From Ranitomeya imitator (lineage: Eukaryota), in assembly GCF_032444005.1 (NCBI RefSeq), contig NC_091288.1, positions 187,240,001 through 187,304,000 on the forward strand: a stretch of 64,000 nt of DNA, read 5' to 3'. Positions 40,005 to 55,307 of the stretch are shown here, one piece after another. The notes beneath the pieces were generated by a model, which saw only the letters and a program-made list of their open reading frames with translations, did no database searches and was not told the DNA's origin. The translations under genes were made by a program, and so were the position numbers. Position 1 is the first letter of the stretch, and each line of letters begins with the position of its first letter.

Positions 40005-40994
40005 ATCTGCCCCGACAGCGACCACAACACAAAGGCTCTTTTCAGAGCCACCAAATCCTCCCACAAATGAGCCGAGTCCTGAACGGTCCCTCTTCTGCGC
40101 GTATTCTCCGTGTAGGAAGCGCAGGCACGGCCGATCAGTTAATAGACGGCGGCTGCTGCTTCAGATATTGTAGGTGATCAGCGATATTAGTTATTAAAGG
40201 ACGGGGTAAAGTGTGTACAGTGCACAGCCCAGGTCTGTGGTTGTGGATATGCGGTTCCTGTACAGCACAAAGTAAATGGGGTGGATCTGCAGGAACGCGG
40301 TCACTAAGGAGTTAATGGAGTAAAAGTAATCGGTGATTGGTCGGTTCCTGAGCACGGTTCTTTAGGTTGATGTTTTGTGGTCATTTACCGATCCGGTGGA
40401 TTTGAAATTGCTGCTCGCGCTCCCGAGGATCATAACCGATCACAATCTGCTGTCGCACGCGCTGGGTCCTAGTGCCGCCTTCTCAGTCCTGCGGCTTTAG
40501 GTTGTTTTCTATTTTTCTGATCGGAGATCTCTGCGCTTAGTTTCTGTTAATAACCTCATTTGTCCCCCAGATCGGTTAAGGCGCCTTTATGTGAATCTAT
40601 TCTGCCTGACACTGATCTGAGCAGATCCCTCCGTGTGCTGCGATGGTCGCTACAGATCACATTTGTGGTGGGTCGTTATGTAATTCTGGAATATTTGACT
40701 TTTCCCATCTTCTCCAGGGCTGGACCCGCAGGGGGACTGGTTACATGCAGCTCCCTGCTCTGAGGGACTGGTAATGGCCGGCACCACGTGTAATGATGAG
40801 TGACTGCCGGGGAGCAGATGAGTTCTCTGTAGATCATTGTCCCTAAAATATACTTTTATTCTACTTTCTAACATTTGGCAGAAGCTGGAAACTAGCAACA
40901 GAAATAACAATGAAAAAAATCTAGATGACCAACAGATCGAGCAGCGGCGCCGAGATTAGAAGAATAGAGAAGCGGGAAAATAAGAGCACAATAA

Positions 40995-41505
<511 letters not shown>

Positions 41506-42016
41506 TTGTGTTCTGTCCTCACAACCCAAAGGCTCTTATCAGAGCCGCCCACATCTCAGTGAGAGGCTGCACCTGACTGCTCGGACCTGACTTCTGCGCT
41601 CCCTTGGTGCTATCGCTGTAATGCTGGTACAATGCTCATCAGTGCCGACTTCTCCGCATACTACGGGGTCGGAAATCTTACATTGTGGCGGATGGTAATT
41701 CTGACACTGCTCCGCGGTCCCGGTACCGTCCTCTGATGCTGTGTGGGCGGATGGTTCTGTTGCTCTTATCAGAGCCGCCACATTGATAAGAACAAGCTGT
41801 GATCTCCGCTGTGTGATGCGGCATCTGCTGTAATATGCGCCACCGGCGGCTAAACCGGAAGATCATCGGATGGAATATCCACAGCTATATACATTTATAT
41901 TTCAGCACTGGGCACTTACTGCACTATACCGCTGTATCACAGTGTGCAGCACTATATGGGGGTACAAAGAACTGTTCGGAAAGATGCATTACTGTATAGA
42001 GGTGATTATTCGTATT

Positions 42017-42073
42017 CACATGTAAAGCGCCATGGAATATATGGCGCTATAAAAATGTATAATAATAATAAAA
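42017..42073 (+). mobile_element. Short L2-type 3' tail fragment
   Basis: tgtaaagcgccatggaatatatggcgctat...aataataataa (hairpin plus (AAT)n), resembling the L2 tail at 55308. Copies near 45777 and 49573. Confidence 0.55.
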
Positions 42074-43077
42074 AATATTTCTACATGGAAGGTTCACAGC
42101 TGTATGTGGGGATTTCTGCATTACAGGGGGCATACAGCGGTATACAGATGGGCACTGCATTGTTATATGGAGGTATACAGAATTACACGGGGTTCCCAGC
42201 ACCATCTGGAGACATTACTGCAATATACGGAGTGTAACATGTCGGCGCTGCACTGTAACTGTCTGCATAATGTGGCACAATCATTTGTCAGTAAGTTGTA
42301 GTATATGGGGGTACTGTGCACTATACAGATGAATAGCAGCACTATATTGGAGTATACTGCAGCACATGAAGGGTAAACAGAGCTACATGAACACATAGAG
42401 CACTATATGAGGGTGCACTGCGGTATATGGCGCTTCACAGCACTATTTAGATGTATTCAGCATTATATGTGCTTTACAGCGCTATATGGAGGGTGCTGAA
42501 AAGCGAAATATCAGCTGCAGAACCACCAATGAGCTGCAGTGGGCGGAGCGTAAGACGGTCCCATTGGTCACATGACTTCATCACCCAATAGCACGGCGGT
42601 CTGACAGCAGCGCTCATCTGCATGGCCGGGCTATCACTTCCTCCCCGCAGAGCTGTATGATCAGAGCCATCACTTCCTCCTCGCAGAGCTGTATGATCAG
42701 TTCTCGGACTTGTAATGATTTTAATATAACAGACGCTGGTCGCAGTTTCAGGATGGGGGGTGGGGTGATCTGATGATAATGCGGGAGCTGCAGTGTACAG
42801 CGCTATATACGGGGACATTTCAGCACAGATACACCAGCTGCTCCAGCAGCGGCAAATAATCAATAAGCGCCTCAGAAAAGTGGGGTCGAGATAACACTGG
42901 TATAGCCCCCCTATTAATATTACCCAGATGTCTCGGGTTATAAGGACAACTCCAATAAACATACAAAACCAAAGAAAGGAGTGAACCAGTCCCACAAAAC
43001 ATAATACAAATCAATAATGCTTTATTATTACAGAAAATTATATCCACAAAAATACATAAAACACATAAATCCAGTAA

Positions 43078-43764
<687 letters not shown>

Positions 43765-44902
43765 ATCTGCCCCGACAGCGACCACAACACAAAGGCTCTT
43801 TTCAGAGCCACCAAATCCTCCCACAAATGAGCCGAGTCCTGAACGGTCCCTCTTCTGCGCGTATTCTCCGTGTAGGAAGCGCAGGCACGGCCGATCAGTT
43901 AATAGACGGCGGCTGCTGCTTCAGATATTGTAGGTGATCAGCGATATTAGTTATTAAAGGACGGGGTAAAGTGTGTACAGTGCACAGCCCAGGTCTGTGG
44001 TTGTGGATATGCGGTTCCTGTACAGCACAAAGTAAATGGGGTGGATCTGCAGGAACGCGGTCACTAAGGAGTTAATGGAGTAAAAGTAATCGGTGATTGG
44101 TCGGTTCCTGAGCACGGTTCTTTAGGTTGATGTTTTGTGGTCATTTACCGATCCGGTGGATTTGAAATTGCTGCTCGCGCTCCCGAGGATCATAACCGAT
44201 CACAATCTGCTGTCGCACGCGCTGGGTCCTAGTGCCGCCTTCTCAGTCCTGCGGCTTTAGGTTGTTTTCTATTTTTCTGATCGGAGATCTCTGCGCTTAG
44301 TTTCTGTTAATAACCTCATTTGTCCCCCAGATCGGTTAAGGCGCCTTTATGTGAATCTATTCTGCCTGACACTGATCTGAGCAGATCCCTCCGTGTGCTG
44401 CGATGGTCGCTACAGATCACATTTGTGGTGGGTCGTTATGTAATTCTGGAATATTTGACTTTTCCCATCTTCTCCAGGGCTGGACCCGCAGGGGGACTGG
44501 TTACATGCAGCTCCCTGCTCTGAGGGACTGGTAATGGCCGGCACCACGTGTAATGATGAGTGACTGCCGGGGAGCAGATGAGTTCTCTGTAGATCATTGT
44601 CCCTAAAATATACTTTTATTCTACTTTCTAACATTTGGCAGAAGCTGGAAACTAGCAACAGAAATAACAATGAAAAAAATCTAGATGACCAACAGATCGA
44701 GCAGCGGCGCCGAGATTAGAAGAATAGAGAAGCGGGAAAATAAGAGCACAATAAGCGGGAAATTCAAAATTAGCAACTGTTCTGTGCTCAACCAATCAGA
44801 GACTAAAGGGAGGAGCTAACTGTAAATTCAGTACCAGAAATCTCGCCCCGGAAACGCGTCATCTCTGCGGTTCTCGCTCCGGTCCGCTCACTCTCTATAT
44901 AA

Positions 44903-45265
<363 letters not shown>

Positions 45266-46873
45266 TTGTGTTCTGTCCTCACAACCCAAAGGCTCTTATC
45301 AGAGCCGCCCACATCTCAGTGAGAGGCTGCACCTGACTGCTCGGACCTGACTTCTGCGCTCCCTTGGTGCTATCGCTGTAATGCTGGTACAATGCTCATC
45401 AGTGCCGACTTCTCCGCATACTACGGGGTCGGAAATCTTACATTGTGGCGGATGGTAATTCTGACACTGCTCCGCGGTCCCGGTACCGTCCTCTGATGCT
45501 GTGTGGGCGGATGGTTCTGTTGCTCTTATCAGAGCCGCCACATTGATAAGAACAAGCTGTGATCTCCGCTGTGTGATGCGGCATCTGCTGTAATATGCGC
45601 CACCGGCGGCTAAACCGGAAGATCATCGGATGGAATATCCACAGCTATATACATTTATATTTCCGCACTGGGCACTTACTGCACTATACCGCTGTATCAC
45701 AGTGTGCAGCACTATATGGGGGTACAAAGAACTGTTCGGAAAGATGCATTACTGTATAGAGGTGATTATTCGTATTCACATGTAAAGCGCCATGGAATAT
45801 ATGGCGCTATAAAAATGTATAATAATAATAAAAAATATTTCTACATGGAAGGTTCACAGCTGTATGTGGGGATTTCTGCATTACAGGGGGCATACAGCGG
45901 TATACAGATGGGCACTGCATTGTTATATGGAGGTATACAGAATTACACGGGGTTCCCAGCACCATCTGGAGACATTACTGCAATATACGGAGTGTAACAT
46001 GTCGGCGCTGCACTGTAACTGTCTGCATAATGTGGCACAATCATTTGTCAGTAAGTTGTAGTATATGGGGGTACTGTGCACTATACAGATGAATAGCAGC
46101 ACTATATTGGAGTATACTGCAGCACATGAAGGGTAAACAGAGCTACATGAACACATAGAGCACTATATGAGGGTGCACTGCGGTATATGGCGCTTCACAG
46201 CACTATTTAGATGTATTCAGCATTATATGTGCTTTACAGCGCTATATGGAGGGTGCTGAAAAGCGAAATATCAGCTGCAGAACCACCAATGAGCTGCAGT
46301 GGGCGGAGCGTAAGACGGTCCCATTGGTCACATGACTTCATCACCCAATAGCACGGCGGTCTGACAGCAGCGCTCATCTGCATGGCCGGGCTATCACTTC
46401 CTCCCCGCAGAGCTGTATGATCAGAGCCATCACTTCTTCCCCGCAGAGATGTATGATCAGAGCCATCACTTCCTCCTCGCAGAGCTGTATGATCAGTTCT
46501 CGGACTTGTAATGATTTTAATATAACAGACGCTGGTCGCAGTTTCAGGATGGGGGGTGGGGTGATCTGATGATAATGCGGGAGCTGCAGTGTACAGCGCT
46601 ATATACGGGGACATTTCAGCACAGATACACCAGCTGCTCCAGCAGCGGCAAATAATCAATAAGCGCCTCAGAAAAGTGGGGTCGAGATAACACTGGTATA
46701 GCCCCCCTATTAATATTACCCAGATGTCTCGGGTTATAAGGACAACTCCAATAAACATACAAAACCAAAGAAAGGAGTGAACCAGTCCCACAAAACATAA
46801 TACAAATCAATAATGCTTTATTATTACAGAAAATTATATCCACAAAAATACATAAAACACATAAATCCAGTAA

Positions 46874-47560
<687 letters not shown>

Positions 47561-48698
47561 ATCTGCCCCGACAGCGACCACAACACAAAGGCTCTTTTCA
47601 GAGCCACCAAATCCTCCCACAAATGAGCCGAGTCCTGAACGGTCCCTCTTTTGCGCGTATTCTCCGTGTAGGAAGCGCAGGCACGGCCGATCAGTTAATA
47701 GACGGCGGCTGCTGCTTCAGATATTGTAGGTGATCAGCGATATTAGTTATTAAAGGACGGGGTAAAGTGTGTACAGTGCACAGCCCAGGTCTGTGGTTGT
47801 GGATATGCGGTTCCTGTACAGCACAAAGTAAATGGGGTGGATCTGCAGGAACGCGGTCACTAAGGAGTTAATGGAGTAAAAGTAATCGGTGATTGGTCGG
47901 TTCCTGAGCACGGTTCTTTAGGTTGATGTTTTGTGGTCATTTACCGATCCGGTGGATTTGAAATTGCTGCTCGCGCTCCCGAGGATCATAACCGATCACA
48001 ATCTGCTGTCGCACGCGCTGGGTCCTAGTGCCGCCTTCTCAGTCCTGCGGCTTTAGGTTGTTTTCTATTTTTCTGATCGGAGATCTCTGCGCTTAGTTTC
48101 TGTTAATAACCTCATTTGTCCCCCAGATCGGTTAAGGCGCCTTTATGTGAATCTATTCTGCCTGACACTGATCTGAGCAGATCCCTCCGTGTGCTGCGAT
48201 GGTCGCTACAGATCACATTTGTGGTGGGTCGTTATGTAATTCTGGAATATTTGACTTTTCCCATCTTCTCCAGGGCTGGACCCGCAGGGGGACTGGTTAC
48301 ATGCAGCTCCCTGCTCTGAGGGACTGGTAATGGCCGGCACCACGTGTAATGATGAGTGACTGCCGGGGAGCAGATGAGTTCTCTGTAGATCATTGTCCCT
48401 AAAATATACTTTTATTCTACTTTCTAACATTTGGCAGAAGCTGGAAACTAGCAACAGAAATAACAATGAAAAAAATCTAGATGACCAACAGATCGAGCAG
48501 CGGCGCCGAGATTAGAAGAATAGAGAAGCGGGAAAATAAGAGCACAATAAGCGGGAAATTCAAAATTAGCAACTGTTCTGTGCTCAACCAATCAGAGACT
48601 AAAGGGAGGAGCTAACTGTAAATTCAGTACCAGAAATCTCGCCCCGGAAACGCGTCATCTCTGCGGTTCTCGCTCCGGTCCGCTCACTCTCTATATAA

Positions 48699-49061
<363 letters not shown>

Positions 49062-50081
49062 TTGTGTTCTGTCCTCACAACCCAAAGGCTCTTATCAGAG
49101 CCGCCCACATCTCCGTGAGAGGCTGCACCTGACTGCTCGGATCTGACTTCTGCTCTCCCCTGGTGCTATCGCTGTAATGCTGGTACAATGCTCATCAGTG
49201 CCGACTTCTCCGCATACTACGGGGTCGGAAATCTTACATTGTGGCGGATGGTAATTCTGACACTGCTCCGCGGTCCCGGTACCGTCCTCTGATGCTGTGT
49301 GGGCGGATGGTTCTGTTGCTCTTATCAGAGCCGCCACATTGATAAGAACAAGCTGTGATCTCCGCTGTGTGATGCGGCATCTGCTGTAATATGCGCCACC
49401 GGCGGCTAAACCGGAAGATCATCGGATGGAATATCCACAGCTATATACATTTATATTTCCGCACTGGGCACTTACTGCACTATACCGCTGTATCACAGTG
49501 TGCAGCACTATATGGGGGTACAAAGAACTGTTCGGAAAGATGCATTACTGTATAGAGGTGATTATTCGTATTCACATGTAAAGCGCCATGGAATATATGG
49601 CGCTATAAAAATGTATAATAATAATAAAAAATATTTCTACATGGAAGGTTCACAGCTGTATGTGGGGATTTCTGCATTACAGGGGGCATACAGCGGTATA
49701 CAGATGGGCACTGCATTGTTATATGGAGGTATACAGAATTACACGGGGTTCCCAGCACCATCTGGAGACATTACTGCAATATACGGAGTGTAACATGTCG
49801 GCGCTGCACTGTAACTGTCTGCATAATGTGGCACAATCATTTGTCAGTAAGTTGTAGTATATGGGGGTACTGTGCACTATACAGATGAATAGCAGCACTA
49901 TATTGGAGTATACTGCAGCACATGAAGGGTAAACAGAGCTACATGAACACATAGAGCACTATATGAGGGTGCACTGCGGTATATGGCGCTTCACAGCACT
50001 ATTTAGATGTATTCAGCATTATATGTGCTTTACAGCGCTATATGGAGGGTGCTGAAAAGCGAAATATCAGCTGCAGAACCA

Positions 50082-50637
<556 letters not shown>

Positions 50638-50741
50638 TCGGCTCCGTGCTCTGCTCCTCACCCCAAACACTTAGATAGGAGAAAAAAGGATCATCCCCGC
50701 GCTGCCGCATGAAGAATTTCAAAAATTGTAGAGGTTTCAAC

Positions 50742-50797
50742 GTGGTTTATTCTACGCGTTTCAGGGTTCAGGTGACCCCTTCATCAGGACATACCAC
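50742..50797 (-). ncRNA. Mirror-image hammerhead ribozyme
   Basis: Exact reverse complement of 50816-50871 within the palindrome. Confidence 0.72.
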
Positions 50798-50815
50798 AAA
50801 TATTGTACAATATTT

Positions 50816-50871
50816 GTGGTATGTCCTGATGAAGGGGTCACCTGAACCCTGAAACGCGTAGAATAAACCAC
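50816..50871 (+). ncRNA. Type I hammerhead ribozyme (PLE minimal type)
   Basis: CTGATGA 50826-50832, stem II AGGG/CCCT, GAAA 50851-50854, palindromic stem III ACGCGT, GUA cleavage triplet ending at 50860, stem I gtggt/accac. Confidence 0.75.
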
Positions 50872-51116
50872 GTTGAAACCTCTACAATTTTTGAAATTCT
50901 TCATGCGGCAGCGCGGGGATGATCCTTTTTTCTCCTATCTAAGTGTGTGCTTCAATCAGGTCCTGCACTGACCTGTGGATCTGCAGCAGCCGCCATTAAT
51001 ATATGTCCTTCCTTCAATCTCACCAGGTGAGTAGTTCTCTTGGTGGGCAACTTTGTGTAACGTTTGATAAGACCCTATTTGCGCTTTTGTGTCTCCCTCT
51101 TTTCCCTCACCCCAAA

Positions 51117-51132
51117 GGCTCTTCTAAGAGCC
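51117..51132 (+). terminator. H2B 3' stem-loop (displaced about 480 nt from the stop codon)
   Basis: GGCTCT-TCTA-AGAGCC followed by ACCCA. Confidence 0.9.
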
Positions 51133-52112
51133 ACCCACAGCCTCGCTATAAGAGCCACCCACAGCCTCGCTATAAGAGCCACCCACAGCCTCGCTATAAG
51201 AGCCACCCGCAGCCTCGCTATAAGAGCCACCCGCAGCCTCGCTATAAGAGCCACCCGCAGCCTCACTATAAGAGCCACCCGCACCCTCACTATAAGAGCC
51301 CCCCACAGCCTCACTATAAGAGCCACCCACAGCCTCGCTATAAGAGCCACCCACAGCCTCGCTATAAGAGCCACCCACAGCCTCGCTATAAGAGCCACCC
51401 GCAGCCTCGCTATAAGAGCCACCCGCAGCCTCGCTATAAGAGCCACCCGCAGCCTCGCTATAAGAGCCACCCGCACCCTCACTATAAGAGCCCCCCACAG
51501 CCTCACTATAAGAGCCACCCACAGCCTCACTATAAGAGCCCCCCACAGCCTCGCTATAAGAGCCCCCCACAGCCTCGCTATAAGAGCCACCCACAGCCTC
51601 GCTATAAGAGCCCCCCACAGCCTCGCTATAAGAGCCCCCCACAGCCTCACTATAAGAGCCCCCCACAGCCTCACTATAAGAGCCACCCACAGCCTCACTA
51701 TAAGAGCCCCCCACAGCCTCACTATAAGAGCCCCCCACAGCCTCACTATAAGAGCCACCCACAGCCTCACTATAAGAGCCCCCCACAGCCTCACTATAAG
51801 AGCCACCCACAGCCTCACTATAAGAGCCCCCCACAGCCTCACTATAAGAGCCACCCACACCCTCACTATAAGAGCCCCCCACAGCCTCACTATAAGAGCC
51901 CCCCACAGCCTCACTATAAGAGCCCCCCACAGCCTCACTATAAGAGCCCCCCACAGCCTCACTATAAGAGCCCCCCACAGCCTCACTATAAGAGCCACCC
52001 ACAGCCTCGCTATAAGAGCCACCCACACCCTCGCTATAAGAGCCCCCCACACCCTCACTATAAGAGCCCCCCACACCCTCAGAGCCACCCACAGCCTCAC
52101 TATAAGAGCTGC
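51126..52112 (+). repeat. H2B-3'-end minisatellite, 24-bp unit, about 41 copies
   Basis: AAGAGCC(A/C)CCC(A/G)CA(G/C)CCTC(G/A)CTAT tandem from the stem-loop arm to a terminal AAGAGCTGC at 52104-52112. Length 978 = 40x24+18. Confidence 0.98.
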
Positions 52113-52569
52113 GGCTTCTCCGGTGTCCTCTCCCGTCTCCCCGATGTGTCTGCTCGCACCGCCCGGGGCTCTGCACCTGGTGATGAGGGAGATGGGGAGA
52201 AAACCTCAGGAATAATAATCTGGGCATTTCTCAGCGAGTTGCTGTGTATTCAAGGACTTCTCTTATTTAACCCCTTGCTGCACAGATCTCGGCATTCTGG
52301 GGGAACATTTATTATGATTCCTGTTCTCCACTTGCTGTGATGTGCCCGTGTGTCTGACATGGAGACGATCAGATCGTCCCTTTCCCATCACAATCAATAT
52401 TGTGGAGACGATATACTGGTCAGGGACGTATCCTACAAGAGACATTTCAGGGAAGACCAATTCTGCCCTTCCCAGCAGATCCCACCATGTCTCCCCATTA
52501 TAGATCAGTCCTACGGCTGCAGGCAGGAGGTCAGTGATGGGAAATGTACGATCATGTGTAGATCCTCAT

Positions 52570-52730
52570 AGTCTATAATCTTGCGAGCAGGGCCCTCATT
52601 CCTCTTGGTATCTATTTTGAACTGTGCTTTCTGTTATGCTGTAATATCTATTGTCTGTACAAGTCCCCTCTATAAATTGTAAAGCGCCGCGGAATATGTT
52701 GGCGCTATATAAATAAAATTATTATTATTA
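52570..52730 (+). mobile_element. L2-type LINE/SINE 3' end fragment
   Basis: ...tgtaaagcgccgcggaatatgttggcgctatataaataaa(att)n tail. Confidence 0.65.
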
Positions 52731-54536
52731 AGATTGCTGAGAGTTCCCTGCTCAGAACATTACCCTGTGGTGTCGGGATCTCACAGGTCAGACAGTTACA
52801 TTATCGGTGTCACATCCTCCTCACAGGATCCCTGCTCAGTTACTGATCGTCCTTCTGTTCTATCACTTTTTCTCCCCCGCTTCATCCAGTGTCAGGACTG
52901 GCGTCTCTCGGGCAATATATCCACATGTAGAAGCTCCGAGAATGAGGAGGGGAACAACGATTCTTAGGAGAAATATCCCAATATAATCGCAGGATAAGAT
53001 CCTCTAGCACCGGATGTAATGATGAATAACGAATGTCACAGATCTCGGAGGAGACTGTTCAGGGTGACAAACGGAGAAGCCAAAAACAAGAGTCAGACCC
53101 AAACATCAACCACCATCAGCAAAAATGAAAATAGTGGGTCCATCAATGATCGGGTGCCACCATGTGCCCGGAAAGCAAAGGGTTAATATAACATGAGATA
53201 AAATCACTGCAGTGCAGAGAGCTCCGATCACAAATCTGACTGTAAGATGCCCAAGTACTGGTGACCTCATCATAGCACAAATGTCACTAATGCCGGGAAT
53301 ATAAGGACTGATCTCCTGCAGAAGAGCCAGGAAAAAAGAGCAAGTGGGATGAGTCCTGGGGTTAATGGAATGTTCTCTGTGGAAACCGAAGATCCTGAGG
53401 ACGGGGCCGGTGTCGGGCTGTGTCTATGCCGGTGTGAGATCCCCTGTGCGGCTGCCTGTAATATCCGCAGTGGTCACAGCCTGGGCAGTGTCCGTTATAT
53501 CCTCCTGACATATACTGGGGCGGTGTCTGCTCCCTTTACTATTTTTGATCTCCCGTCATTCATCTTGGAACTGGTCCGCTGACGTCGTGTGATGCGGTCT
53601 CTTCATATTGATCTATAAAATATAACACGGATTTACAGGGGAACAGGCTGTACAGTAATATTCTCCTGATCAGATCCGTGTGGGGTGAATAGGGCAGCAA
53701 ATATTCACAGGGGATGTGGCTGTGTGAGGCAGCTGGATAGACGGACGCCCTGTGTACCGGGTACGGAGACTCCTGTGTGATGACCACGTCCCGGACACTA
53801 ATGTTTCGGATGGATGGCGCCTCTGAAGACTATTATAACCTCCCCAGAATAATAATGGCCACCGATAAGAAAACCGATCCCCGTGTTTGGGGGCAGACAG
53901 ATGGGAGGACAGGACCCGGTATTATCGGTGATCGCCCCTCCAGCAGAGGGGCCGGTAATAATCCGACGGACAAAGAACAGAGATTGAGCGGGAAATTCAA
54001 AACCATCAACGGATCTGCAATAAGCCAATGAGCGAGAGACATCCGCAGGCGCCGACCAATCCCAGATACAGGAATATCCGCCTCCATTTAACTCTTTAGT
54101 GGCCGTGTGTGCTGACCCCCACTACACACTCGCTTTACAGATCCGGCGACTTCCCCCACCCGAGACCCGGCAGCGTCACATCAGGCTCCGGGCAGAACAT
54201 AGGAGACTTGTCTCAGTCAGGCTGTGATAGGATCAGCGCGGACACCACAGGGGATCTGCACAGGATAATAAGCGGGTGAGAGAGGAGCCTCCTCCTGTGC
54301 AGATGGAGCGGAGGAGAAGCACTGACAGGGATTAACCCCTCACCCGCCCGACTGTCATTGTAATTTATTGCTGATAGCAGTCACAAATTCAACAAGTGCA
54401 AACTACAAATCAACAGAATATTTCTGCATTTCCTTCTGCTCCATGACAAATATCTGTTTTCACCCCTTATCTATTCTGTTCAAAACAAACGTTTTCTATT
54501 GGGTGAGAAACTCATTTGAGCAAGGAGCAGTAATAA

Positions 54537-55091
<555 letters not shown>

Positions 55092-55120
55092 GCGCTGCCG
55101 CCAATCTCTACCAAACCAAA

Positions 55121-55162
55121 GGCTCTTCTAAGAGCCACCCACACCGTCACCACAAGAGCCGG
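55121..55162 (+). terminator. H2A stem-loop and HDE-like element
   Basis: GGCTCT-TCTA-AGAGCC at 55121-55136, ACCCA, AAGAGCCGG at 55154-55162. Confidence 0.9.
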
Positions 55163-55307
55163 CGCCGCCTATCTCGGGGGTCCTCACGTGAGGCTGATGG
55201 TACATACACCATTGACGCCACCAGTTCGTGTGTTGGTGCACATATCCACAGAATAATAGGAGATGAATGGGTCAATCCCACACGGAGTCTCAGACCCTCA
55301 GGTGGAG

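Larger units (their letters stand above)
50668..51104 (+). mobile_element. Penelope-like/retrozyme-type insertion in the H2B 3' UTR, with inverted 5' part and 12-bp target duplication
   Basis: cctcaccccaaa at 50656-50667 and 51105-51116; 280-bp palindrome 50667-50946; hammerhead motifs; AG|GTGAGT donor-like site near 51026. Confidence 0.75.

Noticed and set aside
41900-42500. Recurrent (c)agcactatat motifs, and the actgtgggggcat motifs at 245-345
   Set aside because: Degenerate low-complexity spacer repeats with no fixed period or structure.
51133-52103. Satellite units as tandem SLBP-binding stem-loops
   Set aside because: Neither array contains the 5' arm GGCTCT, so only 3-bp hairpins can form.
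51003-52340. Extensin-like (YKSPPQPH)n and other ORFs over the 24-bp array
   Set aside because: Translation artefacts of a 24-bp repeat open in multiple frames.
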